Origin: Monocercomonoides exilis PA203
Taxonomy: Eukaryota; Protista; Preaxostyla
Reading direction: 5' to 3'
NCBI GenBank assembly: GCA_001643675.2
Contig: LSRY02000034.1
Span: 744,001-808,000, forward strand
DNA: 64,000 nt
Shown here: positions 1 through 12,789 of the stretch, in pieces
Numbering within the stretch: position 1 is the first letter of the stretch
Layout of the letters: each line of letters begins with the position of its first letter
The notes under the pieces: generated by a model
Databases searched by the model: none
Seen by the model: the letters and a program-made list of their open reading frames with translations, nothing else
What the model was told of the DNA's origin: nothing
Position numbers and translations under genes: made by a program

Positions 1-332
1 TTTATGATGAAGCAAAAAAAAAAAAAAAAGTTTTAATTTCAGATTCAAAAAGATAGTTGGGATGAAATTTTTTCTTTACGAATTTTGTTCTGAACAATGC
101 TTTTTAATTATTCTCTCAATTCTTTAATTTTTCAATGTTTTGTGGGCATTCTAATTAAAGAATAATAATGAGATTATTTTGTTATAAGTTTGAAACAAGT
201 TCTTGTTTTGTTCATAAATGCAAATATTTTGCTTTAGTTACCAATTCTATGAAAAACCATTCTTTTAAAAAGATAATGATCAAAATTTGAATTGGGGAAT
301 TTCAGAATTGTCAAAGCAGTTGAAAATTAAAC

Positions 333-1802
333 ATGCGTGAAATCGTTCATATCCAAGCCGGTCAGTGCGGGTTTGTTGATTGAGATTTATGTTTTATGTT
401 CATATTTATTTGAATCATCTTTTATAAACATTCAATTAATTCAAAATATGCGTTTTAAAATTAAAAAATTTTAAATGCTATTAATTCAAATTCCAGAAAC
501 CAAATTGGTGCCAAGTTCTGGGAAGTTATCTCCGATGAGCACGGAATTGACCCAACAGGAGCATATCACGGAGAGTCTGAATTGCAACTCGAAAGAATCA
601 ACGTTTACTACAACGAGGCAACAGGTGGAAAATATGTTCCACGTGCAGTCCTTGTTGACTTGGAACCAGGAACCATGGATTCCGTTCGTGCTGGACCATT
701 CGGGCAATTGTTCCGCCCTGACAACTTTGTCTTCGGACAGACAGGAGCAGGAAACAACTGGGCAAAGGGACACTACACAGAGGGAGCTGAATTGATCGAC
801 TCCGTTTTGGATGTTGTCCGTAAGGAAGCTGAGGGTTGCGATTGCCTCCAGGGATTCCAATTGTGCCACTCTCTCGGTGGAGGAACTGGATCTGGAATGG
901 GAACTCTTCTGATCTCCAAGATTCGTGAAGAATACCCAGATCGTATGATGTGCACATTCTCAGTTGTGCCATCACCAAAAGTGTCAGATACCGTTGTTGA
1001 ACCATACAACTGCACATTGTCAACATCTCTGCTTCTTGAAAACACTGATGAGACCTTCTGCATTGACAATGAAGCACTTTATGATATTTGCTTCCGTACC
1101 CTAAAATTGACCACACCAACATATGGTGATTTGAACCATCTTGTGTCTGTTGTTATGTCAGGAATCACATGCTGCCTTCGCTTCCCAGGTCAGTTGAACT
1201 CTGATCTTCGTAAGTTGGCTGTCAACTTGGTTCCATTCCCAAGACTTCACTTCTTCATGGTTGGATTTGCTCCTTTGACTTCCAGAGGATCACAGCAATA
1301 CCGCGCCTTGTCGGTTCCAGAGCTGACCCAGCAAATGTTCGATGCAAAGAACATGATGGCTGCTTCAGATCCCCGTCACGGCCGCTATTTGACTGCCTCA
1401 GCTTTGTTCAGAGGAAGAATGTCAACAAAAGAAGTTGATGAACAAATGCTCAATGTTCAAAACAAGAACTCATCATACTTCATTGAATGGATCCCCAACA
1501 ACATCAAGTCATCTGTGTGCGATATCCCACCAAAGGGACTGAAAATGGCTGTCTCATTCATTGGAAACTCAACAGCCATCCAGGAATTGTGGAAACGTGT
1601 TGCTGAACAATTCACAGCTATGTTCAGAAGAAAGGCCTTCCTTCACTGGTACACAGGAGAAGGTATGGACGAAATGGAATTCACAGAAGCTGAATCCAAC
1701 ATGAGCGATCTTGTATCTGAATACCAACAATACCAGGATGCTACAGCTGATGATGAAGAAGAAGGTGAAGGAGAGATGGAAGGAGAAGGTGAAGCAATGT
1801 AA
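333..1802 (+). CDS. TUBB: Beta-tubulin, 2 exons (333-370, 497-1802)
   Basis: ATG at 333 gives [13 protein letters not shown]. Removing a GTTTG...CAG intron (371-496) joins in frame to [15 protein letters not shown] motif, acidic C-terminal tail, TAA at 1800-1802. Confidence 0.98.
371..496 (+). other. 126-nt spliceosomal intron in beta-tubulin
   Basis: GTTTG donor and CAG acceptor; splicing restores the conserved QCG-NQIG sequence. Confidence 0.95.
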
Positions 1803-4114
1803 ATCATTTTAACTTTCTATTGTTCATTTCTTATTGATTTCATTGTGAAATTTAAAACAAGCTTTTAAAAAAAGAAAGAATTTTCATCATTTTTTTATAA
1901 TATTAAGTTTTATATAAAGCAAGTGTTACGAATTGAAAATTTGGTAAAAAAATTTTGCAATTGTGGAAAAAGCCGAGATTTGTTCCAAACTGTTTCCCTA
2001 TCATATCGTAAAATATCAAACATTCCCATGCATAATAATAAAGAAAATGAAAAGAAATTGAGCAAAATAAAAGAAAGAAATGAGTGGAATAAAATTCATA
2101 AAGCAAAAAACTTTGTCCCGTATTCATTTGCAGATACAATTGTTTCAACATTAATTCGTTTTTCACTCTTGATAAATCTAATTTGTTCAAACATTTTTTC
2201 TTTGTTGTTTCTCTTTTCCTGTCTAATTTCATAAATCTCTGAAGCCAATTTTTCCCCTCCAAATCTCAGTGAAAACTTTCATGTTTCTTCCTTCCTTTAT
2301 TCTTCCTTTCATTCAAAAAAATCTCTTCCATCTTCTCAATTCCATTTCCTTTCTGAATCCTGTCTCAAAACATGCTCTTCATTCTTTTTCTTTTTCTTTT
2401 TTCTTTTTCTTATTTCAATTTGTTTTGCTTTCCTTCATCAATGTATTTCATTGTTTCCATTTCATTTTTATCTTTATCTCTTGTGCAGATGCAGAATGCA
2501 ATTCAATCCAATCAGATGAAGTAGAAGAAAAAGAAGAAGAAGAAGAGAAGAGAAGAGAAGAAGAGAAGAGAAGAAGAGAAGAGAAGAAAAAGCTACATGA
2601 AATGTTGTTGATATATTTGAAGAAGAGGAAGATGATGATGATGATGAATGGATTGAATGGGATGATTGAAGGTTGAAAATTGAGAGATAAGAGAAAACAA
2701 ATGTCAAAGATGAAATTCATTGAAATTCTCCTTTAGAGGCTTTCTTCTTCTGAAGAGGAGAAACCTTTGAATTCATCGAACATTCAGCTCAATCCTCTTT
2801 CTCTCTTTCCATCTAAAAATAGGACAGATTGAGCAATCCCTTTTTCATTCCATTTCTTTCAATTTTTCACTTTCATTTTTTCACAAAAAATCATCTTTCT
2901 TCAAAAACTAACTCTTTGCCAAAGCCCAATGACAGGTATCTTCATAATATCTTGAATTTCATCTGCCTTTATTATTCATTCCCTGTTTTTCTTTTTCTTC
3001 TTTAAAGCCATCTAATTCTTCGCTCTTTCAACAGTCTGAATGAAAAAAAAATAACAATAATAACTTCAAAAGTATATCAACAAACCTTTAGAACTTATTT
3101 TTATAGGCAATTTTCTGTTTTTTCATTCCATTGACAAAGCTCATTTCCCTCCAATAAATATTCATAATTCCTTCCGTTTTCAAGTGTTTCATCATCTGAA
3201 TCGCTAATAATCCTTTTCAGAAATCATTTCTCCATCAAATGCATTGATTTCTTGCTCTTCTGAAAAAAAGAGAAAAGTATGAATCTTGTCAATTCCATCT
3301 TACTCATCCAACAACAGGTTGGTTTTCATCAAAAAAAAAAATATCATCTTCAATTTCTTTCCATTCTTCTCATATTTTTCAGTTCATTATTCTTCAGCGC
3401 CCTATGTGCCCCAAGAAATATACAAAAACAAATGGAATTTGTCCAATTTGAAAAACTTTGCACTGTTTCATAAAAAGGAAGAAATAGAAAACAAAAAGTA
3501 GAAAAGGTTATCGGACCAATTCCTTAAATTTTATTCACAAACATTAAATGAAAAAATAGAGTTTCCTAATCGAAGTTATTGGAGCATTATCTTTCCCGCA
3601 AACTTTAAAGCAAAAAAAGTTATTTCAAATGTGTCCACAACTTTTCCTTTTTCAAGGGAACTGAAAACACAATAAATTCACGCGAAAAATAAACTGCAAA
3701 AGAATGGCAAACAAAATATATTGATCCAAGCAACAGCAACGCACAATCGCTATTCTTCATAATTCGGTAAATTTTATAAAATTATAATGGTTTCAGAATA
3801 AAGAAATTACAAAAAAAGTCTTTTATGAATATGATATTATTTTTAACTTCAATGTATAATTATTTCTATAATGATAATTAGCATTAAACTTTAAAAAACA
3901 AACAAAAACTACGTTTTAAAACTCAGATAAAAAATAAAAACAATGGCAAGTGTGAAGACCAATATATTTTCTTCACGAAAGTTAAATATGACTTTTCGAT
4001 AATTATTTTTATAAAATTTCAGATGTATTATTTTTTTAGTATTTCTGGTGATGACTAATAATGTTATGCTAATATTGATCATTCAATAGTTTTACCGAAG
4101 AGAGAAAAAAAAGA

Positions 4115-6100
4115 ATGTTTTTGAAATTAATACTATTCCAAATTATTATAAACATTCACGCGAATGAAGAAACGTCAAATCCTTCAACAGTTTACGTGAA
4201 ACAAAGCGGAAGCGATGGAAACAGCGGTTTGGAGGTTAATAAGGAAATGCAATTATTGAATAGTGCGTACGATTTGTTGGGCAATGATGATGCATGCTTC
4301 ATGAAAATTGTTCATGATACTGATCAATTAACTGCAAAAGTCATTGAATTTAACAAAGAACATGGAATTACGATTGAAGGATGGAAAAGTGAAGGAAATG
4401 GGAATGTGGAAGTGAACATCGATTGCAACGTCAGCGCATCGTCTGATTTATTTACGTGCAAAAAAGTAGTTGAATTCAAGTATTTGGCATTCAACTTTCC
4501 TATATCTGAAACAAAATGGAATTATATGATTAAAGCAAATGAAGAATCAACGTCACTTACGATTAGCAATTGCCGATTTGTCAGAGTCAGTTCGCAAACA
4601 TCACCCGATGAAATGGTGAAAAATGGTGATGAAGACGGTTCTACGTCTGGCAGTCTTGTGAGTGTAACTGGAGGGAAAGTCACATTGAATACTGTTACAT
4701 GCGCAGATGAAGGGAACACAGTTTCATTTTCTTCATCGCCATTTTCTTTCAGCAGTGTGAGTTCGGCTTCGTTGAATGGAGTGGAGATCAGCAACGTGAA
4801 TATCCAAAATGGAGCAGCGATTGCGATTAAGAATGAAGGCAGCACATCTTCAGCAGTTAGCATTGAAGGACTGAGCATGAACGGAGTGAATTCAGAGAAT
4901 GGAAAAGTGGCTGGCCTGGAGATTTCTTTGAGTTCAGAAGAATCAAAAGTGGAAATTGGAAGAAACAACAAATGCACATTCAAGTCATGCACAGCGCCAA
5001 AAGGGAAAGCAGGGGCAATATTCATTGATATGCCAAAGGCAACATCGAATCTTCAGCTTCCTTGTGCCAATAATCTTGAGATTGATGGCTCAAACACAGC
5101 GAATTCAACAGCGAGATCAATATTCATCAATGCCACAGATTTTGATGAGTTCTGCAAACAAGACGGTGCATTCGAATTTGCCAATGATTACGATGAATCT
5201 GCTGCTGGGTGGATTGTAGGAGCAAAAGATGATGATTCAGAACCGGAGGATGTATATGAAAAGTTCTTGAAGGGAGAGGAAGATGAACAAAAGAATGAGT
5301 CAAATGAAGTTCAGGGTTCGCAGGGAGATGAAGGAGAGAAGCAATTTTCTTGGTGGATAATTGTGATTGTTGTTGGAGTTTTGATTGTTGTTGCATTAGT
5401 TTATGCCATTTTTGTTGTAGTTAAGAAAAAAAAGAGCTCAGAGAAGCGAATAAATGTTGAGACGGATACTGAGTCAAAGGGAAAAGAAGGAAGAAAAGGA
5501 AAGGAAGCAAAGTTTGGGGCGGAATTAGAAGAAGGAAAATCAGCAGATAATTCTGTTTTAGAAGCTCATTCAAACGAAAACAACTCGACAACTCCTGACA
5601 ATGATCTTGATGCAACATCACAATCGGCTTTGGTATCTGAGTATGAAACAGAAGAAAATTTCAGCAATAATTCAAATATTGAATCCTCCAAAGATAATGT
5701 ATCTGTAAGTTCCAAAGTTGCTGATATATTAAAGCAAAATTTAGAAGACGAAGCAAATTCGTTCAAAAACAACTTATCAGATGCTCTTCATTCTAATTCA
5801 ACAATTTCTGAACTTCTTTCAAATGAAAATGTATCAATAATTCAAAACTTGAACAATAAAAAACAAAACATTAATGAATCAGTGGAACGGCTTGAACAAA
5901 TTTCGAAAAACGAAGGAAAAAACAGTTCTATAATAAAAGAAGCAGTAAGTCATGTTTTATCTTCTTCATCTTCTTCTTCTTCTTCTTCTTCTTCTACTTC
6001 TGCATTGAATGAAGACGGATCGCAAGTTAACAAATTAGCAACGAATATCAAAGAATTTATGGCAGAAACAAACATTTTGCCTCCATTAACAAATAACTAA
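4115..6100 (+). CDS. Type I membrane/surface protein, 661 aa (signal peptide, probable beta-helix-like ectodomain, one TM helix, low-complexity tail)
   Basis: Hydrophobic N-terminus, VYVKQSGSDGNSG motif, repeated ISNCRF/CTFKSC-type strands, TM segment WWIIVIVVGVLIVVALVYAIFVVV followed by KKKK. Confidence 0.8.
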   Translation: MFLKLILFQIIINIHANEETSNPSTVYVKQSGSDGNSGLEVNKEMQLLNSAYDLLGNDDACFMKIVHDTDQLTAKVIEFNKEHGITIEGWKSEGNGNVEVNIDCNVSASSDLFTCKKVVEFKYLAFNFPISETKWNYMIKANEESTSLTISNCRFVRVSSQTSPDEMVKNGDEDGSTSGSLVSVTGGKVTLNTVTCADEGNTVSFSSSPFSFSSVSSASLNGVEISNVNIQNGAAIAIKNEGSTSSAVSIEGLSMNGVNSENGKVAGLEISLSSEESKVEIGRNNKCTFKSCTAPKGKAGAIFIDMPKATSNLQLPCANNLEIDGSNTANSTARSIFINATDFDEFCKQDGAFEFANDYDESAAGWIVGAKDDDSEPEDVYEKFLKGEEDEQKNESNEVQGSQGDEGEKQFSWWIIVIVVGVLIVVALVYAIFVVVKKKKSSEKRINVETDTESKGKEGRKGKEAKFGAELEEGKSADNSVLEAHSNENNSTTPDNDLDATSQSALVSEYETEENFSNNSNIESSKDNVSVSSKVADILKQNLEDEANSFKNNLSDALHSNSTISELLSNENVSIIQNLNNKKQNINESVERLEQISKNEGKNSSIIKEAVSHVLSSSSSSSSSSSSTSALNEDGSQVNKLATNIKEFMAETNILPPLTNN

Positions 6101-7796
6101 ATTGAAGATATCAAATTGAACAGAGAAGATATCAAAGAGAAGAAAAATGAAGAACAAAACTGTTAATTGGGTGCAAAAACATATTGAAAGAAATTGAGAA
6201 AGAAGGTCCTTTGCATGAAATGGTTTCTTCCCTCCCCTGCCACCCCAACATCATTGAACATCTTCTCCTTTAGTGGAAATTTCATTTGAAACTGTTCGTT
6301 TTCTCTGGAGGAAAATTGGAAAATTTGAATTGACAAAGTTTGAAAAATGCAATGAGGAAGAGAAAACAGACTTTCGTTTAATGAAATAATAAAAATCTAC
6401 AGATTTGAAGAAAATGCAGTTTTCTGAATATTGTTGAAGTTTTATCAAGAATAGAAAGATTTGCTTTTTCAAGATGAAGCAACAATGGAATCAAAAATCA
6501 AAAAAGGCACAAAATGGAAGAAATATCATTTGGTGAACAAAAGATAGATAAAGTCAAATATGGGATTATTCCATTCCTTTTTTGCATTGACAACTTGATC
6601 GTGTAAATCAAACACCCTTTTTAACTTTTCGTTTTTCAAAGAACTTATGTGCATTCTCTTTGATTATTTTCTCCTTTCCAATCAATAACAACTTTTTAAA
6701 ATATATAGATTTATTTTTTCTATTTTTCTTTTATTTTCAATTTTCTTTTCTTTTTTTTTTTTTTTTAAGGTTGAAAATATTTTCCTTTAAAATTTGTGTA
6801 GCTAAACTGTTCTTTCTTTTTTTTCAATTTCTTTTTTCATTGAAGTGCTCTCTTTATTATCCTTCTTTGTAACTCATCAATTTCATTCAATTTGAAGCTC
6901 AATTTTTTCTTGAGGCATTCTTCTCAAAGCACTTATTCTTAGTGGAAATAACAAATGTGATTTTTTTTTCTTCACATTATGATTTATTCAACAATAGAAC
7001 ATGATTTTTGAATGTGTTGTGTAGTAATTTGTTAATTGAATAATAAAGTATTTATTTATTTATTTATTTTCTTTCTTTCTTAAATAATTAATTATTGCCG
7101 ATCAGTGTTATTGCAGCTTTAATGCATTTCACAATCATTCTCGTTTTGAAATTCTATTTGACAGATTAAAAACAGAACGTTTCAAATAAGTTGTTCATAA
7201 ATCAAATATAATTTCGATAGTTGTCATTTTCAGAAGAAGAAATAAAATTTTTTCATATCAACAAGAAAATAAATCTCTGTACAAAAAAACTGTTTCGATA
7301 TCATTTGTGTTAATGAACATCCACAAATTTTGTACTAACCTATTCAATTTTTTTATCATCGAAGCATACCAAAAAGTTGCAAAGGATGAAGAGAAGTTTT
7401 TTTTCAGCCTTCCGTTTTTTTTTTAAGCTGGAGGAAGATTTTCATAATTATCATTTCTTCTTATTTTTTAGATATGATTGTATCTATTCGATGAGGATGA
7501 TTATTTTTTGAATAAAACTTTTTTATTCAAAAAGCTCAGAACATTAAGTTTGAATAAAAAATAGAGACATATAAACTGAGAAAAAACACATTGAAATAGT
7601 GCTTATTCAATATTATTAAAAAATTTTTTTGATTAAGTTGATTATATTAGATGTCATATTTTTCCATTCAAAATTTTCTGTTCGAAAAAACTCCTTTGAA
7701 TATTTACAAATGAACATAGAAAAGAGAATATGCATTCTCATAAGTCCATCGTTTTCAATTCAACTTACACATTTGTTTTTGAAACAGTTCTGATGT

Positions 7797-8055
7797 GTGT
7801 GATTATTTTTGAAATCATAAATTTTTTCGGTGTGAAGGGTTTTCAAACGTTGTTTGTTTTTGGGAACATATTTTGTATTCAAATGCCTTATATTTTTATA
7901 ACTGCTGTCAAAACAAATGTTAAAGCTCAAAAAAGGATAAAGATATTTTTTTAAAAAAACCTTTTCACTTTTCAGTTTTCTTTTGTTAATATTCTATGGA
8001 TATTTTCCAACCGAATTTTTTGAATGGAAAAATATGATATCAAAAATATTCACCC
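7797..8055. mobile_element. ~259-bp MITE, family A, with ATGT 4-bp TSD; extra partial end to 8154 and a fragment at ~7640-7730
   Basis: TIRs G(G/T)GTGATTATTTTTGAAATCAT...ATGATATCAAAAATATTCACCC; ATGT at 7793-7796 and 8056-8059; interior is homologous (reversed) to 51772-52028. Confidence 0.75.
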
Positions 8056-9419
8056 ATGTATTAAGCACTTAAATGAAAAATCTTCACCTGATGACAAGCA
8101 ACCTTTGAAAAAACAGCACACCGAAAAAAGTTATGATTTCAAAAAGAATCACCCATGTTTGTTGATTTTGCAATACATAGAACAAATAATTATGAATGTT
8201 CCAAACTAATGAGAAATGCAATGCAATCTTTTTCGCCACGAAAAAAATTCTATTAAAAAAATTCTGAATCGAAAAACTATCAAATGGAATCAATAATTGT
8301 ATTTTGATTGAAATTTGTATTATCACTTTATTTCGGCAAATGGAGAAGATCCTGGTTCCACATGATCATTGCCCTTAATTACAAAAAACTAAGTTATGTA
8401 TTCTTATTGTGTTTATTAGGTTTTAGGGTTTTAATGAATTAAACACGTTCATATTTGATTTTGCGATATTCTAGGGTTTCACAGAGCAAAATTAGGATAA
8501 GAGTTAACCATAGAAGAGTTTTTCCAAATGAAAATGATAAAAATAGTCGATTGGATCCATTTATATCAGAATCTTCTTAACATGCATATTTTTTATTTGT
8601 TGATAATTGTTATGCTAATTTTTTCAAACATAATTCAAAATGTTCACACAGTTGATTTCTGTTTATGAAAAACATGAAATAAAAAAATTCACTTTAAAAC
8701 AATTTTCCAACAAAACAAAAAATTGAAAAAAAACAAGAAAAGTTGATTTGTTATTAAAGAAATAAAAAAGGTTAGAGTGGAATAAGTATTTTTCACTTGA
8801 TGTTGGATTTACAAAACGCTTATCTTTCCATTTGAAATAATTTGAAAAACAAGGAATTCTTGGCTGATTTGATATAAAAATCAATCAAAGAAATTCTTGA
8901 ATCATGATTTTGCATTCGTTCAAAAGAAAGCACAAAAAATAATCGAAAAATAATCGAATAATAAAAAAATGGGTCAAAATATTTTGCGTCAAGCATTTTC
9001 ATTGAAAAATTATGTTCTTTTCATTGACTTTTTGAGATCAACAAAACGCAATTAAAATATGTCCATTTTTTGACATTCGTGAAATGTTGGAAGACTTTAT
9101 GTTTTGATTTCAATGATGCCTATTAACGGATATGAAAATCAAATTTTTTTTGAAATCTGAGAAAATAAAATAAAGTTATGAGTGAAGCAAATTTTATATG
9201 TCTTGTGCAAAAAATGCTTGATAACCATTATTTTCCCCCAAAGAAACATTCTTTGAAGATGAGTCGTTTATATATGTTTTTTTTTATTTTTTTATTTTTG
9301 ATTTTATTTTTCGTAAAAAGATAATTTTTTGTTTGTTTGTTTGTAATTTAGGTCAACTATTTTTCAGTTTGTAGTTTTCGGTAATTTCGGCTATTTTTAT
9401 TAATTTTTCGATATCGTTT

Positions 9420-9677
9420 GGGTGATTATTTTTGAAATTATAACATTTTTCGGAGTGTTTGAATTTTTTCTCAGTTTTATTTCTATGGAGAGGAATTGTT
9501 CATTCGAAAGAAAAAAGCATTATTATTGTGAAAAACGATAATGTTTGAGATTTTAATAATGTTGAAATTATTTTCGAAAGGAGGAACAACATTTCATTGT
9601 TCATTTATCGAATTTCAAAGTGAATTCTCAAACTGAAATTTTTGAATGAAAAAATATGAATTCAAAAATTATCACCC
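9420..9677. mobile_element. ~258-bp MITE, family A
   Basis: GGGTGATTATTTTTGAAATT...AATTCAAAAATTATCACCC; flanks GTTT/ATTT. Confidence 0.75.
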
Positions 9678-9681
9678 ATTT

Positions 9682-9868
9682 GGGTGATTGTTTTTGGAAT
9701 ATTATTTTTTAGATGAATTTTTTTTTTTTATGAATTTGCGTTGAATCTTTGGAATAGAACATTAAAAAGAATAGTCTTATTTTTCATGAAGCATTTGACC
9801 TTCATTGATCTCAAATGTGAGTTTCTTTTCACTGGAATAACATTCGATTTTTCGAAAAATATAATTAT

Positions 9869-9919
<51 letters not shown>

Positions 9920-10153
9920 ATTTGGATCAGAATTTTTGCATTTATGAAAAATTCAATGATTTGTTCCTCACAATTTCTGCGTCGAATTATTGTAATTCTG
10001 GCATTCTCATGAAAAATAAAATATTAAAATATTAAAATGAAGAGGAAAATATTTGAAAGCATTGTGTGGAACAAAATTCTCAAAGCAAAAAATTTCGTCC
10101 CATTTTAATGAATAACACACCGAAAAAAGTTATGACTTCAAAAATAATCACAC
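9682..10153. mobile_element. Longer degenerate family-A element abutting the previous copy, containing a 47-nt poly-A (9871-9917)
   Basis: Starts GGGTGATTGTTTTTGGAAT 4 bp after the previous copy; ends CCGAAAAAAGTTATGACTTCAAAAATAATCACAC. Confidence 0.55.
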
Positions 10154-10975
10154 TTTTGCGGAAATAGTTTTAATTCACAACATTTGAAAAAAAACTTATT
10201 TCAATTTTTGAGTCAGTGAAGTCGAAAAAACTTCTTGATAATTCTGAAAATGTTTATTTCTTCTTGTTTTCCACGTATTAACTCACGGATCAATCACCAT
10301 TTTGATTAATTAATTCGAAAACTTTAGTTTCGAACGCCTTATTAAAAAAAAAATTTTTTTTCTCCTATAAGTTCATTTTCTTAACAATTCACTTCCATAT
10401 CACAAATAAACTTCTGATACTGGTGCTTTCAATAAGGTTAAAAAATAACCTTAACGTGGAAATACATCCTGATAATTCCAAAAAATTTTTTTGATATATC
10501 TGATAATTTACTAAAACATTTGAAAAAAGCCAACTTTCACCAAATAAAACTGCTAAATGTTCAATAAAAAGATGTGGAAAAATATGTTGATGAGTGCAAA
10601 AGAAACAAAATTTTAATAAATATGAAAAAAAAAATTACATTTACAAATTAAAAATATCCATAAATTATGTATAATGTTAAAAAATAAACCGAAATTTTTA
10701 GAAGAAAAAGTGAAATAAAAAATAAAATACTACAACAAAAATAGCAAAATTCAAAAATTCACTCTCAATAAAAAAATTCAATTACAAATAAAAAATATTC
10801 AACAAAAATAATGACTAAAACAAATAAATATTAAATAAACGATAACATTCTATTTTAAGCAATTAAACTTAATTAAAAACCAAACACAAAAAAATTTGCA
10901 ACCGCATTCAGTAATGAATAAAAAGAATCAATTTAACTGTTAGTGTTGTGCTGAAATGTTTTTTTCTGTTAGCAT

Positions 10976-12706
10976 TTAAAGCGTTGAATCCATAACTTTC
11001 ATTTTTATTGGCACTTGGTGAATAAATGAAGCTGTTGATGTGTGGCGGTAACCAGGGCGTTCGCTTTCTTCCTCCTCTTCAACAGGATCGCTTGATTGAG
11101 ATTCAAATTTGATCCACACATGCTGCTCTTTAGCCTTTTCTTCAGGCACCCATGGATGAATGTTAACTGGCATCTTCAAATGGAGCACGCTTCCTTCCCA
11201 TTCTCCTTTGATTTCTTCGCTTTCTTCGTTATCGTTTGATTTATTGCTAAAAGAACTAAGCTTGGACAACAATGATATCAGAAGTTTCTTTCCACTTAAA
11301 TCTTCAATGATCTCCATCCATTTTTCTGGTTCTTCATCCAATTCAGCTCCTGATTCACTTCGCTTCAATTTCTTGACTTTTTCCATGAACTTTATTACCT
11401 CTCTCTTTCCATCTTCATCTAACTCCAGCTCCGATCCAATTGGTCCTTTTAGCAATCGCTCAAGGATATTCAATTCAAATGGAAGATTAATCTCACAGAG
11501 GCTTCTTGGCTTCAACAGAAAACCAGTTCCAGTTTCAGTTTCCGTTGTGAATGGCTCAATAAAGCGTTTTATCATTTCTTTGAAAGGCGCTTCATCAATA
11601 TCTTCTTTATTGTGTGTTTTGATTGCTCTTCCAAATTTGGGTTCTTTGGCTTGTCTCATTCTATCAAGCACAGATATGAAACCACTTAAAGGATATTCAA
11701 TATTTTCTTCAAATTCATCAGAAACAATCCATTTATCATCATCTTCGCTCGGAGGCAAAACTGGAAAAGCCATGAAACTGTCATCTTCATCAATTTCTGT
11801 CATATGAAATAGCACGTCACCTCTCAAATTTTTGTATTGCCCAAGTGTACAATTGTTAAAAGTGAGTTCTCCGTTTCCTATAACATTTCCAACTACAAAT
11901 AAACCACCTCCAATCCAAGGTGCTGTAGTTCCAGAAAAACAGCATGATTCAAAATGCACAGAAACAGCTCCCATTATTGATCCAATAACTGATTCTCCCG
12001 CATAAAGAATTGCTCCAGAAGTTGGCTTTGTGATATTAGTAAAGACTGAATCTTCAATTGTAATAAATGCGTTACCTCCATGAACAACAGCAATGGAAGA
12101 ATGAGGTAATGGAGCAAAGTCAAAGCTTAAAAAGCAGCATTTCGTAACAAATGATTTACCGCCAAAAAACTCTAAAAGACCTGATGTTCGGCCAAACAAA
12201 TCATCCTCCAAAACTCGCGGAACAAACGTACAATCATTGATGTTAACATCAGAATTATATGAACGTATTACGTTTGAATCATCATTATCAATTTCAAAGA
12301 TTATTCCCGAAACAGAAATTGATCCATGAATTATATTTATCCATCCCTGTGTACCAACTGGAGAAAAGTTCAGAATACATTCTCCTTTCGCAACAATTGA
12401 TATATTTGCACCTAAACAAATAAATTTCGAACAAAAATAAAAATATGAAAAAATCTGGAAAAAAATTATCAGCAAACCATCAATTTCAATGGGAGTTATT
12501 TCATATCTTCCTTCTCCAAGGATAATTTCCCCATTATGAGTGTCCTTCATTATTCGTTCAATTGCGATACCCGGAGTTTTCAGAGGGGAATCTTCTGATC
12601 CTGTGTTTTCATCAAGGCCATTTGGACTTAAATGCAAGATTAACCGCTCCTCAACATTCACAAATTCGTTGCAAGCAACAGATAGAATTAAAATTGCAAA
12701 AAACAT
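10976..12706 (-). CDS. Secreted/surface protein with pectin-lyase-like (right-handed beta-helix) N-terminal half; probable 66-nt in-frame intron 12412-12477
   Basis: Signal peptide; HLSPNGLDENTGSEDSPLKT..AI and ILGEGRY motifs typical of beta-helix N-caps; INDCTF/IEDSVF/FESCCF/FNNCT repeats; AT-rich GTTTG...TAG segment inside the ORF. Confidence 0.75.
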   Translation of the reverse strand: MFFAILILSVACNEFVNVEERLILHLSPNGLDENTGSEDSPLKTPGIAIERIMKDTHNGEIILGEGRYEITPIEIDGLLIIFFQIFSYFYFCSKFICLGANISIVAKGECILNFSPVGTQGWINIIHGSISVSGIIFEIDNDDSNVIRSYNSDVNINDCTFVPRVLEDDLFGRTSGLLEFFGGKSFVTKCCFLSFDFAPLPHSSIAVVHGGNAFITIEDSVFTNITKPTSGAILYAGESVIGSIMGAVSVHFESCCFSGTTAPWIGGGLFVVGNVIGNGELTFNNCTLGQYKNLRGDVLFHMTEIDEDDSFMAFPVLPPSEDDDKWIVSDEFEENIEYPLSGFISVLDRMRQAKEPKFGRAIKTHNKEDIDEAPFKEMIKRFIEPFTTETETGTGFLLKPRSLCEINLPFELNILERLLKGPIGSELELDEDGKREVIKFMEKVKKLKRSESGAELDEEPEKWMEIIEDLSGKKLLISLLSKLSSFSNKSNDNEESEEIKGEWEGSVLHLKMPVNIHPWVPEEKAKEQHVWIKFESQSSDPVEEEEESERPGYRHTSTASFIHQVPIKMKVMDSTL

Positions 12707-12789
12707 AGAAAAGTTAAAACTAGATTCAAGATTTTTGATCCCTTATTTTGTATTTCAAAAAATAAAATTACGGGTAAAATAAAAATGAT

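Noticed and set aside
9871-9917. 47-nt poly-A as retroposon tail
   Set aside because: No TSD or recognisable upstream SINE or processed-gene body.
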